Notes: a model not told the origin generated them from the sequence alone. Numbered from the stretch's first letter, positions 18,896 to 29,791 are shown. The stretch is DNA of 64,000 bases from an uncultured delta proteobacterium (GCA_963706575.1 CAVPNL010000004.1:64001-128000), one strand, 5' to 3'. Program-made: numbers and translations.

Positions 18896-21004
18896 TTAAT
18901 CGCCTTGATCCGCCAGTGCATTTAATTCCAGGGTAAGGGGTCTTTCTTCTTCACTTTTACCGGTGAATCTTATCGGGCCGGGTCTTCTGAAGTGATCCCC
19001 TTCCGAGTCCACCGCCAGCCATTTCTCCCGCTTGGTTTTGACCACCTGGAACGCAATGGAGTTAACATCGACGATACTTTTTTCCAGTACCAGTGCCAGC
19101 TTGCCTTTGCGTTCTTCCAGATGCATCAGGGGCGCAATCGGGATGCCGATGGGCTGCCATTTTGAAAAATCTTTTTCTAGATTTCGAATAGCCGCCATCT
19201 GGCCTGTGGCGCCGTTGGCAATCAGGCTGAAAACAGTGCGCCCCAGATTATAGGTATAGATACAGTCAAATCGCGTTGGGTCATTGCCCCTGCCGTCGTA
19301 TCCGTAAAAATGAATCTGGGTTTTGAAAGACGGCACTGACTTCTTATAAATTTCCTCGATGATCGTCGGTATGTCATCATCCGCTTTTAGCAGCCCCCCT
19401 TTCTCAAGAGACTGTCTTAAGGTTTTGACTGATATAATCTCGGTTTTTCTTAACAGGTATTCAGCTTGCCCGTAATTTTCAAATAACAGAGGACCGTAAG
19501 TGTCCGGGTCCAGATTGTCACGCATCAGCATTTTCTGAAAATAGGTTTGCTTAATTCCCAGACGGTAACGCCCTTCTTCTTTTAATATGTTAAGGTAATC
19601 CTTGACGAGGTCCATTATCACTTTCTCGGTTTCCACCTGGGAAAATGGAAAATTGCCGTGGCTGTCTCTTTCCATGAGCAAGCCTTCCTGGAAAAAAGCC
19701 GGGATATCGTTAAAAAGATCATCGTCACGGGTATTCCAGAGCGTATATGAAGCATCTTCCCGGGAGCGCTGGGCAAGCCGCCGCAGATATTCCAGTTTGT
19801 CTTCCAGCAGCAGAAAGGCCGCGTGAAAATCTTTGTCGTGGGTCTGGTTATGTTCGGCAATAATGGTATTGAGCTTAATGATAAATACCTGGATTTCGTT
19901 GATGAATTCCAGAACCCCTTCCGGAAGGATGATGACACCGTAGCTTTTGCCAACCGCGGCCCGCCGCAGAATGGATTCGCAAATCACGCGAGAGAGATGC
20001 CGCAGGGTCATGCCGTACGCATGAAAATCGATGGTGCCTTCCTGCCGGGCCTTTTTCAGGCGACCCTTGTCTATATAATCTGCCAGGTCCTCTCCAATCA
20101 GCGTCAGGTTTGCATGGGTTTGCAGGGCCGCCTCCAGAGCCAGGTGACTGGCCACCCGTCCCATGACTTTGCAGATATGCCAGTATTTGACATCCGAACT
20201 GCTGTCGGTACACAAATTGCTGATGGAATTGGCAAAAGCCCGGGCAGCGGTGTGAAACCCAAAAGACATGGCGCACAGAACGCTTCCATTGTCATCTCTG
20301 ACCTGGATATCGCCGTCGATCGTCTTGGGCACACCCAGAACCTGGATCCCGTCGGCAAACATTTCCTGGGCTAAAAATGCAGCATTGGTGTTGGAATCAT
20401 CTCCGCCGACAATCACCAGCGCATCCAGGTTGAGTTTTCGGCAGGTCTCTCTGGACAATTCCATCTTTTCGCGGGTGTCGATTTTGGTGCGCCCGGTTTT
20501 AATCATGGTAAAGCCCCCCAGGTTGCGATAGGCATCAACCAGATCATCATGGAGTTCAAGCGTTTCATTTTCGATAATCCCATCCGGGCCGACCAAAAAC
20601 CCGTAAACCCTGGATTCTGGATTGGCCTTTTTGGCCGCATCATACAGACCGGCGATGACATTATGCCCGCCGGGAGCGGGTCCCCCGGAAAAGACGATGC
20701 CGATGTTACGCTTTTTGCCATATGCTTCGGCAAAGGATGCATCCGCAGTTTTCAGACCTTCGATATTCTGTACCTTATTGTCGATAATATTCGGCAGCTG
20801 TTTCTGAGCTTCCTTGTCCACCGTGAACTTAAACTGGTCGGTTTCTTTCAGGATTGTAAATTTCTGCGAAAAGGCGTCACAGACCGGCGGCGAATATTGC
20901 CGTCTTTCAAGCATTTCCGGGTTTGTATCGTCGGTGACCCTCAGCACGACGGGGTGCTTCAACACATTTTTCATTTCCATTTTATACCTTTTTTTTCCTG
21001 GCAT
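18896..21004 (-). CDS. pfp: Pyrophosphate-dependent phosphofructokinase (long form)
   Basis: SGGPAPGGHNV, GGDDSNTN, PKTIDGD, MGR.ASHLALE motifs. Confidence 0.9.
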   Translation of the reverse strand: MPGKKRYKMEMKNVLKHPVVLRVTDDTNPEMLERRQYSPPVCDAFSQKFTILKETDQFKFTVDKEAQKQLPNIIDNKVQNIEGLKTADASFAEAYGKKRNIGIVFSGGPAPGGHNVIAGLYDAAKKANPESRVYGFLVGPDGIIENETLELHDDLVDAYRNLGGFTMIKTGRTKIDTREKMELSRETCRKLNLDALVIVGGDDSNTNAAFLAQEMFADGIQVLGVPKTIDGDIQVRDDNGSVLCAMSFGFHTAARAFANSISNLCTDSSSDVKYWHICKVMGRVASHLALEAALQTHANLTLIGEDLADYIDKGRLKKARQEGTIDFHAYGMTLRHLSRVICESILRRAAVGKSYGVIILPEGVLEFINEIQVFIIKLNTIIAEHNQTHDKDFHAAFLLLEDKLEYLRRLAQRSREDASYTLWNTRDDDLFNDIPAFFQEGLLMERDSHGNFPFSQVETEKVIMDLVKDYLNILKEEGRYRLGIKQTYFQKMLMRDNLDPDTYGPLLFENYGQAEYLLRKTEIISVKTLRQSLEKGGLLKADDDIPTIIEEIYKKSVPSFKTQIHFYGYDGRGNDPTRFDCIYTYNLGRTVFSLIANGATGQMAAIRNLEKDFSKWQPIGIPIAPLMHLEERKGKLALVLEKSIVDVNSIAFQVVKTKREKWLAVDSEGDHFRRPGPIRFTGKSEEERPLTLELNALADQGD

Positions 21005-21387
21005 GGTGATCTCCCCAAAGATAGATTTTATGGATTAAAATATATGCTGCCAATATCACTTAAGTTCTTATCCAACCTCATCTTATCGTGTCAATATTAT
21101 TTACAATAACGCAACGTTTCCACATCGCAAACTCGTCCCATCGATCCTCAAGCGGTTTAAATGCCGTTTAGTGAATGAATGGCTTTGAATTAAAGAACCG
21201 AATTTAAAAAAACGACTTGCCATTTATTATTATTGTGATAAGTATCTATCGTTTATAAGAGGCCGCATCAAGGTGGGGGAAAGAGAACAAACCTAAGAGA
21301 GAAATCTGTTAATGATGCGGATAGGGACGATGCGATTCGGTTTAACCCCTAAAAGTAAATTTTAACTAAATAAGGAGGAGGTTCAGA

Positions 21388-22215
21388 ATGAAAAAAGTAT
21401 TTTTATTGGGTGTAACTGCGTTATTTCTATGCGGGATTATTTTCAGCACGTCAGTGTTTGGGGCGGACATCGAACTCGCCAAAAAATCGACCATTGAAAA
21501 AATCCTGAAAAGTGGCAAATTGCGGGTCGGCTTCGAATCCGGTTACGTCCCGTTTGAAATGACCAACAAAAAGGGACAATTTATCGGATTTGACATGGAT
21601 TACGCCCGCCGATTAGCCAAAACCATGGGGGTTGAATTCGTACCGGTCAACACGGCCTGGGACGGCATCATCCCGGCCCTGATGACCGACAAATTCGATA
21701 TCATCATGGGCGGCATGACCATCACCCAGGAAAGAAATCTTAAAATCAACTTTGCCGACCCTTACATCGTTGTGGGGCAAACCATCCTGTTAAATAAAAA
21801 ACATGAAGACACGGTTAAAGACTACCGGGACCTCAACGACCCCAAATACATTATCACCTCCAGATTGGGCACCACCGGCGAACAGGCCGTTAAAAAATAC
21901 ATCCCCAAAGCCACCTACAAATCCTTTGAAACCGAAGCCGACGCCGGCATGGAAGTGATCAACGGCAAAGCCGACGCCCTCGTATATGATTTACCGTTCT
22001 GCGGGTTTCTGTACGGCAGCCAGGGCCAGGGCAAGACCATTTTTCTGAGCGACCCCTTCACCTTCGAACCGCTGGCCTGGGCCATCAACAAGGGAGACCC
22101 GGATTTTCTGAACTTTCTAAACAACTTCTTGAGACAGTCCAGGGGCGACGGCTTCTATGAGAGGCTTTTCAAAAAGTGGATCATTGGTACCGACTGGAAA
22201 GCAGAAGTTGAATAA
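21388..22215 (+). CDS. Polar amino-acid ABC transporter substrate-binding protein
   Basis: Signal peptide; GFDMD, WDGIIPAL, MTIT.ER, F.DPY. Confidence 0.93.
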   Translation: MKKVFLLGVTALFLCGIIFSTSVFGADIELAKKSTIEKILKSGKLRVGFESGYVPFEMTNKKGQFIGFDMDYARRLAKTMGVEFVPVNTAWDGIIPALMTDKFDIIMGGMTITQERNLKINFADPYIVVGQTILLNKKHEDTVKDYRDLNDPKYIITSRLGTTGEQAVKKYIPKATYKSFETEADAGMEVINGKADALVYDLPFCGFLYGSQGQGKTIFLSDPFTFEPLAWAINKGDPDFLNFLNNFLRQSRGDGFYERLFKKWIIGTDWKAEVE

Positions 22216-22254
22216 GCAATCCGTCTCGCCAGTAATTGTTTTTCAACCACAAAC

Positions 22255-22332
22255 ATGCCGGCCCTGCCTGTTGCAGGCGCGGCCGGCATGTTTATGCCAG
22301 CCCTGCCTGTTGCAGGCGCGGCCGGCATGTTT
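22255..22332. repeat. Tandem duplication of a 39-bp GC-rich hairpin
   Basis: ATGCC(G/A)GCCCTGCCTGTTGCAGGCGCGGCCGGCATGTTT twice (38/39 identical). Confidence 0.85.
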
Positions 22333-22420
22333 CACAACAAAGTGAAAACCGGGCGGGTTCATCCGTTTCGGCTGAACCGCCTTAGCACCTGCACCCTTTT
22401 TAAGGACGGAAAAACAGGTT

Positions 22421-23431
22421 ATGGGAAAATCTGAAAATAAGCAGCCGACAGTGAGGCCCGCTCATTACAATCTATGGGTCGGTGTTTTCTGTGTAATTAT
22501 CTTGGTCGCGGCCGGCGCCTTTTATTATGCGTCTCAGAGAATCGAGTATGTGTGGCGCTGGAACCGGGTCCCGATCTATTTCGCATACAAAGACGATATT
22601 CAGATCACCTCGGGAATTGATGGAGATGTCGAATCGATCACGACAGCCGACAAAAAATCCATTATCACCATAAAAGGCCTCGACGGAAGCGAATCATACA
22701 AAGCACCGGCCGTCAGCGTCAGTGTTGAAGAAGGTGAGATGATCTCCATCGGCGACACCCTGGCGACATACCAGGAGTGGAAACCCGGTCTTCTGATCAT
22801 CGGCCTGTGGATTACGCTGCAAATCAGTGTGATTGCAACCATTTTGGGCGTGATTATCGGCATCGTCGGCGGTCTTGCGCGCATTTCATCCAACCCCGCA
22901 TTGAAATGGCTGACGATCATCTACGTTGAAATCATCCGCGGCTCGCCGTTGATGGTCCAAATTCTGATCTGGTATTTCGTTCTGGGAACGGTGATCAATG
23001 AACTGCTGGCCACTTCCGGGATGGGACGACTGCCGGCCTTCTGGTACGGGGTGGCGTCTTTGGCCTGCTTTGCCGGCGCATATGTCACCGAAATCGTCAG
23101 GGCCGGCATCCAATCCATCCATCGCGGACAGACGGAAGCCGCCCGTTCGCTGGGCATGTCATACGCCCAGTCCATGCTGCATATTATTTTGCCCCAGGCC
23201 TTGCGAAGAATTCTGCCGCCGCTGGCGGGTCAGTTCATCAGCCTGATCAAAGACTCTTCTTTGCTCGGAATGATTGCCATCCGCGAATTAACCAAGGCGG
23301 CCAGAGAAGCGGTTACCGTCAGTTTACAGCCTTTTGAAGTTTTTTTTCTGGCAGCGGCACTGTATCTCGTCTTAACCTTTACACTTTCCATGGTTGTTCA
23401 ACGACTTGAGAAAAGGATGGCATTCGAGTGA
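22421..23431 (+). CDS. Polar amino-acid ABC transporter permease
   Basis: [13 protein letters not shown] loop ([10 protein letters not shown]), LIKDSSL. Confidence 0.93.
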   Translation: MGKSENKQPTVRPAHYNLWVGVFCVIILVAAGAFYYASQRIEYVWRWNRVPIYFAYKDDIQITSGIDGDVESITTADKKSIITIKGLDGSESYKAPAVSVSVEEGEMISIGDTLATYQEWKPGLLIIGLWITLQISVIATILGVIIGIVGGLARISSNPALKWLTIIYVEIIRGSPLMVQILIWYFVLGTVINELLATSGMGRLPAFWYGVASLACFAGAYVTEIVRAGIQSIHRGQTEAARSLGMSYAQSMLHIILPQALRRILPPLAGQFISLIKDSSLLGMIAIRELTKAAREAVTVSLQPFEVFFLAAALYLVLTFTLSMVVQRLEKRMAFE

Positions 23432-24159
23432 TCGATGTAAAAAACATATATAAAACGTTTTGGGTGCCCCAGGAAGTCAAGGCCCTGGTCGATGTTTCCA
23501 CCAAAATTGAAGCCGGAGAGGTGGTGGTGGTTTGCGGCCCTTCCGGATCGGGCAAAAGTACTTACCTCAGATGTCTGAACCGTTTGGAAAAAGCAGACGC
23601 GGGGCATATTTTCATTGACGACGTCGACGTTCTGGATCCAAAAACCAATATCAACAAGATCCGGGCCGAGGTTGGCATGGTGTTTCAATCGTTCAATTTG
23701 TTCCCCCACAAAACCGTCTTTGATAATGTGACGCTGGCCCAAAAAGTGGTCCGCAAACGCTCCACGGCCGATGCGAAAGAAAAGTCTGATTTTCTTCTAA
23801 AAAAAGTCGGTATCCATGATAAATCCAATGCCTATCCCGACAATTTGTCCGGCGGCCAGCAGCAGCGGGTGGCTATCGCCCGCGCCCTGGCCATGGATCC
23901 CAAGGTGATGCTGTTTGACGAACCCACCTCGGCGCTGGATCCCGAGATGATCGGCGAAGTGCTGGATGTCATGAAAACGCTGGCCAAAGAGGGCATGACC
24001 ATGGTGTGCGTGACCCATGAAATGGGGTTTGCCCGGGAGGTGGCCGATCGCGTCATATTTATGGATGAAGGGGCGATTGTCGAAGTCGGCACCCCTGAGC
24101 ACTTTTTTAAGAACCCCACCCATGAGCGCACCAAGCTGTTTTTGAGCCAGATCCTCTAG
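23428..24159 (+). CDS. Polar amino-acid ABC transporter ATP-binding protein
   Basis: [33 protein letters not shown]. Confidence 0.95.
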   Translation: MIDVKNIYKTFWVPQEVKALVDVSTKIEAGEVVVVCGPSGSGKSTYLRCLNRLEKADAGHIFIDDVDVLDPKTNINKIRAEVGMVFQSFNLFPHKTVFDNVTLAQKVVRKRSTADAKEKSDFLLKKVGIHDKSNAYPDNLSGGQQQRVAIARALAMDPKVMLFDEPTSALDPEMIGEVLDVMKTLAKEGMTMVCVTHEMGFAREVADRVIFMDEGAIVEVGTPEHFFKNPTHERTKLFLSQIL

Positions 24160-24240
24160 ACGCAAAGCGCGTAGCGCAGAGCGCAAAGCGTAAAATGAAT
24201 CTAAAGTGATACGCCATGCGCTATGCCCTTTGCTCCATGC
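24160..24240. repeat. Inverted 7-mer tandem array (AGCGCAD type)
   Basis: ACGCAA AGCGCGT AGCGCAG AGCGCAA AGCGT ... ACGCC ATGCGCT ATGCCCT TTGCTCC ATGC; starts right after the TAG stop. Confidence 0.75.
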
Positions 24241-24244
24241 CTAT

Positions 24245-24292
24245 ACACCACATCTTGTATCTAAGGCATTAAAATTATACCGTAACTTGTGT
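24245..24292. promoter_or_regulatory. Tandem NrdR-like boxes
   Basis: ACACCACATCTTGTAT (24245-24260) and ATACCGTAACTTGTGT (24277-24292), 16-bp spacer. Confidence 0.55.
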
Positions 24293-24298
24293 TTTTCC

Positions 24299-24327
24299 TT
24301 TACAAGCGGTTCTCATCCTGCTATGAT
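24299..24327 (+). promoter_or_regulatory. sigma70 promoter of smc-ftsY
   Basis: TTTACA-17 bp-TATGAT with extended -10 TG. Confidence 0.65.
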
Positions 24328-24508
24328 TTGCCAGTGAAATTCAAAACAGCTTTCCGATCATCTTTGAAGCCCAGATTTACCTGAAAAAAGCTTCAGCAGG
24401 TAAGTTTCAGGCTTTTTTCACCTAATGGGTTGTAAACAAAATTAAAAACAGGGGTATGGAAGATAAGTGCGTCAATTCAAGTAAAACGATCCGGGGAGAT
24501 CTTGATAT

Positions 24509-27500
24509 ATGAAATTAAAGAAACTTGAAATTATTGGATTCAAATCTTTTTACGACAAGGCCAACATTCAATTCCCACAGGGCATCTCGGCGGTGGTGGG
24601 GCCCAATGGTTGCGGTAAAAGCAATATCATTGATGCCTTGAGATGGGTCATGGGGGAACAAAGCATCAAACAGCTGCGCGGTAAATCAATGGAAGACGTA
24701 ATCTTCTCGGGCGCCAACAGCAAGGCGCCGCTAAATATGGCCGAGGTCTCTTTAACCCTGTCAAACGATAATGGTGATAGCCCCGAAGAACTGAAAGATT
24801 TTACCGAAATTAACCTTACCCGTCGTCTTTACCGCTCGGGTGAAAGCGCTTATTTTTTGAACAAACAGCCCTGCCGGCTAAAGGACATTCACAATGTCTT
24901 CTGGGGCAGCGGTCTCGGTTCTAAATCTTATGCCATTATCCAGCAGGGAAAAATTGGCGCCATCACCGATGCAAACCCGGAAGAGCTCCGCTTTTTCGTC
25001 GAAGAGGCCGCCGGCGTCACGCGCTATAAAAACCGCAAATACGAGGCGCTGCGAAAAATCAACACCACCCAGAACAATCTGCTGCGCGTCACCGACATAA
25101 TTTCGGAAATTAAACGCCAGATGGCCAGTCTGAAACGTCAGGCCCGCAAGGCTGAAATCTACAACAATTACCAGAAGCAGATTCAAGCCCTGGAGATATG
25201 CCTGGGCGTGCATTATTTTGAGGATTACGCCAGCCGGATCCAGGAGACGGATTCCCTGTTAAACGAACTACAGGATTTGGACCTCAGCCATGTCACCGAA
25301 ATCAAAAAGCTGGATGCTTCAGTTGAAGAAATCAAGCTAAAACGCTGGCAAAAAAACCAGGAAATATCCGAACAAAAATCCAGCCAATTTGAAACCCAAC
25401 GCAACATAGACCGCAACGAGAATGACCTCATTCACTTGCGCAAAGAAATCAAAAGACTTTCGGAAGAGTCTGTCGAGCTTAAAGCCGCCCGGGTTCAACT
25501 GGAAGAAAAAAACCATCAGATGCTTTCAGAAATTGACCAGGTAAGAAATGAAGCCTCTGCGATTAATGCAGAAATCACCACGGTCAGGACCCGGATCGAT
25601 CAGGAAAAAGCGTCTAGCGAAACGATTACCGAAAAATTAGCGCAACTCAATAACGATCTGGAATCGAATAAAGCCGGCTTAATGGATTTGGTCGCCCGGG
25701 AAGCGCAATACAAAAACATTTATCAAACCACCATCAACAATAAAGAAAGCCTGCAAAAACGTCTGACAAAAGTTGATGAAGATCTGGATCAGGCTAAAAA
25801 GGAAATTCGCCGGACCCGCGGGCTGGAAGGCAAAGCCCGTGAGCAGCTTGCGACCATTAAACAAGAGATAGCGGATCTGACGGATCAGGTCACGACTACC
25901 GGCAAGCAGTTGGAGCAAAAAAACGGTGCCCTTGGCCAGCAGGTCAAATTGACCCAGAAGACAGAACTGGAGCGCAATACGGTCAAATCAAACTTAAATA
26001 CTTTAAAGAAAATGGAGGACAATTTCGAATGGTACCGGGACGGGGTCAAGGCCATTATGAGGCCTCAAAACACCGATGAGTCCTCGATCAGCCAGGAAGT
26101 ATCTGCTAAAATCATCGGACTTATGGCGGATATTATTGAGGCCAAACCGACATTTGAAACCGCGGTGGAGGCAGTTCTGGGCGACGCCCTCCAATATATC
26201 ATTGTTAAAGATCAGGATGCCGGCCTTAAAGCCATCGATTATTTGCAATCCAGCAGTGCCGGCCGAAGTGGCTTCATCCCGCTTCCCGCCGTGAAACGCG
26301 TCGATAGCGATCAGGCGGGCAAAGCCGTTTCAGGGCAGCTGCTTTTAGATCAGATTAAGGTCAAGTCCGGCTACGAACCCATTGTTGATGCCCTGCTGGG
26401 TCATGTGGTTTTCACGGAAAATATGGCCGAAGCCATAGAGATGTATAATCGCAATGGCGAGTCAAAGACGATTGTCACCAAAAATGGTGATCTTATATCC
26501 CCCCAGGGCATCCTGATCGGCGGCAGCAAAGACAAACTGAACGGTATTCTAACCAAGAAGCAAGAGATCAAAGATCTCAGCCGCCGCAGTATTGAGGTGG
26601 ATAAAAAACTGGAAAAAGCCCGCCGGGACCAGAGCACATTGGAATCGGAAGCTCGCCAACTCGAAAGCCAGCTGCAACAGCTTACTGAAAAGAAGAATAA
26701 CGCTTCAAAAGCCGAAATCGAGGCCGAAAAAGAGCAGGTAAAGGCTTCTGAAGAACTCAAAAACGCCAACCGCCATCTGGAAATCATCACACTGGAAAAA
26801 GAACAACTGCAGGGCGAAGCCAGTGATATCGATGAAGAAATGAGCAAATATAATACGGCCCTGGCTGAGCTGTCGACGGAAGTTACGGCTGCTCACGATA
26901 AAGTTACCAATATCTCCGCAACCATCGGCACGGTTTCGCAGGAACTGGAAGCATACCATCAAAAAGTCGTCGATCTGCAGATGAAGTCAACAGAGCTGAA
27001 TGCAAAATTGGAAAATGCCAATAGCAGCTTAAGACGACTCACAGAATATCATAATGATAGCTTAAGCCGCCTGGAACAACTTGCAGCGGAAATTCATGAA
27101 AAACAACACAAGGAAGAAACCGCAAAACAGCAAGTAACCGAATATGATCAAAAGCTTTCCGAAATGTATCAGAACATGGAAACGCTTGATCAGTCCCTCA
27201 AAACCAGCGAAGCGCATTACCAGGCCATTGATCAGGAACTCAAAGAAAGCGACGGCAAGATATCGGGCATAAAAAGCCAACGCGAAAAGACATTGGAAAA
27301 AGTCCGCCTGCTGGAGCTTGAACAATCGGAGCGTAAAATTAAGAAAGAAAATATTGCCAAACAGCTGGAGGAAAAATATCGCAAGTCGTTTTCGGTACTA
27401 AAAGCCGAGTTCAATCATGATTCCGAGAGTATCGAATTGACTTCGGAAAAAACCTTCGAGCAAATGGAAGAGGAACTGGAAACCACCAAAGCCAAAATCG

Positions 27501-28117
27501 TTAAAATTGATGATGTTAATCTGGGCGCCATTCGGGAATATGAACAGCTCAAAGATCGATTTGATTTTCTCGAGGAGCAGCGCGATGATCTGGTTCGTGC
27601 CATTAAGGATCTGCACAAAGTGATCAAGAAAATTAACGCCATCACCCAGAAACGCTTCCTGGAAACCTTTGATTTGATCAATCAGAAATTAAACGAAGTT
27701 TTTCCCAGGCTTTTTGGCGGTGGTAAGGCCAACCTTATCTTGCAAGACCCAAACGATCCTTTGGAAACCGGTGTGGAGTTTATGATCCATCCGCCGGGAA
27801 AAAAGCTGACCCGTTTAAGTCTTCTTTCAGGCGGTGAAAAGGCCATGGCCGCCATTGCTTTCATATTTTCAATCTTCTTGATCAAACCGACTGCTTTTTG
27901 TCTTCTGGATGAAATCGATGCCCCGCTGGATGATGCGAACGTATATCGGTTTAATGATCTGCTTAAGATTATCGGGGAAAAATCACAGATCATAATGATC
28001 ACACACAATAAAAACAGCATGGAATTTGCCGATACCCTCTTCGGAATTACCATGGAAGAAAAGGGCATATCCAAGATCGTCTCAGTTAACTTTGATGCTG
28101 CATATTCCCCCAATTAA
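24509..28117 (+). CDS. smc: Chromosome segregation protein SMC
   Basis: GFKSF, GPNGCGKSN, long coiled coils, hinge, LSGGEK, LDEIDAPLD; 1202 aa. Confidence 0.97.
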   Translation: MKLKKLEIIGFKSFYDKANIQFPQGISAVVGPNGCGKSNIIDALRWVMGEQSIKQLRGKSMEDVIFSGANSKAPLNMAEVSLTLSNDNGDSPEELKDFTEINLTRRLYRSGESAYFLNKQPCRLKDIHNVFWGSGLGSKSYAIIQQGKIGAITDANPEELRFFVEEAAGVTRYKNRKYEALRKINTTQNNLLRVTDIISEIKRQMASLKRQARKAEIYNNYQKQIQALEICLGVHYFEDYASRIQETDSLLNELQDLDLSHVTEIKKLDASVEEIKLKRWQKNQEISEQKSSQFETQRNIDRNENDLIHLRKEIKRLSEESVELKAARVQLEEKNHQMLSEIDQVRNEASAINAEITTVRTRIDQEKASSETITEKLAQLNNDLESNKAGLMDLVAREAQYKNIYQTTINNKESLQKRLTKVDEDLDQAKKEIRRTRGLEGKAREQLATIKQEIADLTDQVTTTGKQLEQKNGALGQQVKLTQKTELERNTVKSNLNTLKKMEDNFEWYRDGVKAIMRPQNTDESSISQEVSAKIIGLMADIIEAKPTFETAVEAVLGDALQYIIVKDQDAGLKAIDYLQSSSAGRSGFIPLPAVKRVDSDQAGKAVSGQLLLDQIKVKSGYEPIVDALLGHVVFTENMAEAIEMYNRNGESKTIVTKNGDLISPQGILIGGSKDKLNGILTKKQEIKDLSRRSIEVDKKLEKARRDQSTLESEARQLESQLQQLTEKKNNASKAEIEAEKEQVKASEELKNANRHLEIITLEKEQLQGEASDIDEEMSKYNTALAELSTEVTAAHDKVTNISATIGTVSQELEAYHQKVVDLQMKSTELNAKLENANSSLRRLTEYHNDSLSRLEQLAAEIHEKQHKEETAKQQVTEYDQKLSEMYQNMETLDQSLKTSEAHYQAIDQELKESDGKISGIKSQREKTLEKVRLLELEQSERKIKKENIAKQLEEKYRKSFSVLKAEFNHDSESIELTSEKTFEQMEEELETTKAKIVKIDDVNLGAIREYEQLKDRFDFLEEQRDDLVRAIKDLHKVIKKINAITQKRFLETFDLINQKLNEVFPRLFGGGKANLILQDPNDPLETGVEFMIHPPGKKLTRLSLLSGGEKAMAAIAFIFSIFLIKPTAFCLLDEIDAPLDDANVYRFNDLLKIIGEKSQIIMITHNKNSMEFADTLFGITMEEKGISKIVSVNFDAAYSPN

Positions 28118-28123
28118 GCAGAC

Positions 28124-29131
28124 ATGATTTTTCGCAAATCAAAAAAAAATCGAAGCGAAGACAAGAACACTTCGTCAGAGTTTTCAAAATCACCTGTTGA
28201 AGAAACCGACCGGCAGTCTGAGACCGAGGCGGCCGACGGATATTTCCGACGGTTAAAGGAGGGGTTATCCAAAACTCGCAAAACCTTCTCCGACGGCTTT
28301 GATCGAATTTTTGCCGGTAAACAAAGAATCGATGATGACCTTTTGGAGGAACTTGAAGAATTATTAATTACATCAGACATTGGTGTGCAAACTGCAATGA
28401 CGCTAATGCAAAAGGTATCATCATCGAAAATTTCTGAGGTAGATCAGGTAAAATCCTTTCTTAAAGATGAAATTTTAGCCATTCTCGAGCCCCAAACAAC
28501 GGAACCGGAAATAGCGTTGCCTGTTCCCCGGGTAATAATGATCGTTGGCGTAAACGGAACCGGCAAAACCACCACCATCGGCAAACTTGCGGCCAGAGCA
28601 ACCGCCTCCGGGGAAAAGGTCCTGGTCGGAGCGGCGGACACGTTCCGTGCCGCCGCGATAGAACAACTGATGATATGGGCCGAAAGAGCAAAGGCAGATA
28701 TCGTCAAACACAAGGAAATGGCTGACCCGGCGGCAGTTGCTTTCGATGCGGTTGAGGCCGCAAAAGCCCGCAGCGCCGATCTGGTGTTGATTGATACGGC
28801 CGGCCGGCTGCATACAAAAGTCAATTTAATGGAAGAATTAAAAAAAATAAAACGCGCCATTTCAAAAAAAATACCGGATGCTCCCCATGAGATATTGCTG
28901 ATTCTGGATGCAACCACCGGTCAAAATGCATTATCCCAGGCCGAGCTATTTAACGACGCCTTAGGTGTCACCGGTTTGGCGCTGACGAAACTTGACGGCA
29001 CGGCTAAAGGCGGCATCGTCATCGGCATATGCAATGCCTTGAAAATACCCTTAAAATACATCGGCATCGGCGAAAAGGTCGAAGACTTGCAGAAGTTTAA
29101 TGCCGCTGAATTCGTTGATGCGCTTTTCTAG
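28124..29131 (+). CDS. ftsY: SRP receptor FtsY
   Basis: GVNGTGKTTT, DTFRAAA, DTAGR, TKLDGTAKGG. Confidence 0.97.
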   Translation: MIFRKSKKNRSEDKNTSSEFSKSPVEETDRQSETEAADGYFRRLKEGLSKTRKTFSDGFDRIFAGKQRIDDDLLEELEELLITSDIGVQTAMTLMQKVSSSKISEVDQVKSFLKDEILAILEPQTTEPEIALPVPRVIMIVGVNGTGKTTTIGKLAARATASGEKVLVGAADTFRAAAIEQLMIWAERAKADIVKHKEMADPAAVAFDAVEAAKARSADLVLIDTAGRLHTKVNLMEELKKIKRAISKKIPDAPHEILLILDATTGQNALSQAELFNDALGVTGLALTKLDGTAKGGIVIGICNALKIPLKYIGIGEKVEDLQKFNAAEFVDALF

Positions 29132-29153
29132 ATCCTATGTGCAAGAATAATAC

Positions 29154-29237
29154 ATCCGCAGATTACGCAGATTCACGCAAATTATTTTTCAAGACCATGT
29201 TTTTTTTTAATCCGTGTAATCTGCGTAATCTGCGGAT
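29154..29237. repeat. Inverted 9-mer tandem array (CAGATTACG type)
   Basis: ATCCGCAGATTACGCAGATTCACGCA ... TCCGTGTAATCTGCGTAATCTGCGGAT. Confidence 0.85.
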
Positions 29238-29429
29238 AATATCGAAAAATTGAAAAATAAATTCCCGTAAATGCCATCATGCAGCAGTTTGACGGAGATT
29301 ATTTCAGAAAAAGTGTTGTAAAATGTAGATTTCTGTTGACATCGATTTTAACTTTCTATATGGAAACAGAGAAATAGGCGATCGGTTAAGATTAACCTAA
29401 CTAATTGAACAAGAAGGGGGTAAAGCATT

Positions 29430-29702
29430 ATGACAAAGGCAGAACTGGTAGAAAAAGCGGCCAAAGATGCAAAAATTTCAAAAGTTGCAGCTGCAGCTGC
29501 GCTGAACTCATTCATGGAAGGTGTAACCAAAGCCCTGAAGAAAAAGGACGGTAAGGTTACACTGGTCGGCTTCGGCACATTCCAAAAAGTCCGCCGTAAA
29601 GCCCGTAAAGGACGGAATCCGCAAACCGGCGCGCCGATTAAAATTAAGGCCACCAACGTGGTTAAATTCCGCCCCGGCAAAAAACTCAGAGACTCCGTCT
29701 AA
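29430..29702 (+). CDS. hup: DNA-binding protein HU
   Basis: MTKAEL, GFGTF, R.GRNPQTG, F.PGK.L. Confidence 0.95.
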   Translation: MTKAELVEKAAKDAKISKVAAAAALNSFMEGVTKALKKKDGKVTLVGFGTFQKVRRKARKGRNPQTGAPIKIKATNVVKFRPGKKLRDSV

Positions 29703-29716
29703 TCAAATCAAAAAAC

Positions 29717-29789
29717 AACGGGCGATTTATGGTTAACATAGATCGCCCGTTCTGTTTCTACTGCCCCAATTGATTTAAGATCAATTGGG
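29717..29789. terminator. Two hairpins between convergent hup and acyP
   Basis: AACGGGCGAT...ATCGCCCGTT(CTGTTT) and CCCAATTGAT-TTAAG-ATCAATTGGG. Confidence 0.6.
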
Positions 29790-29791
29790 CG

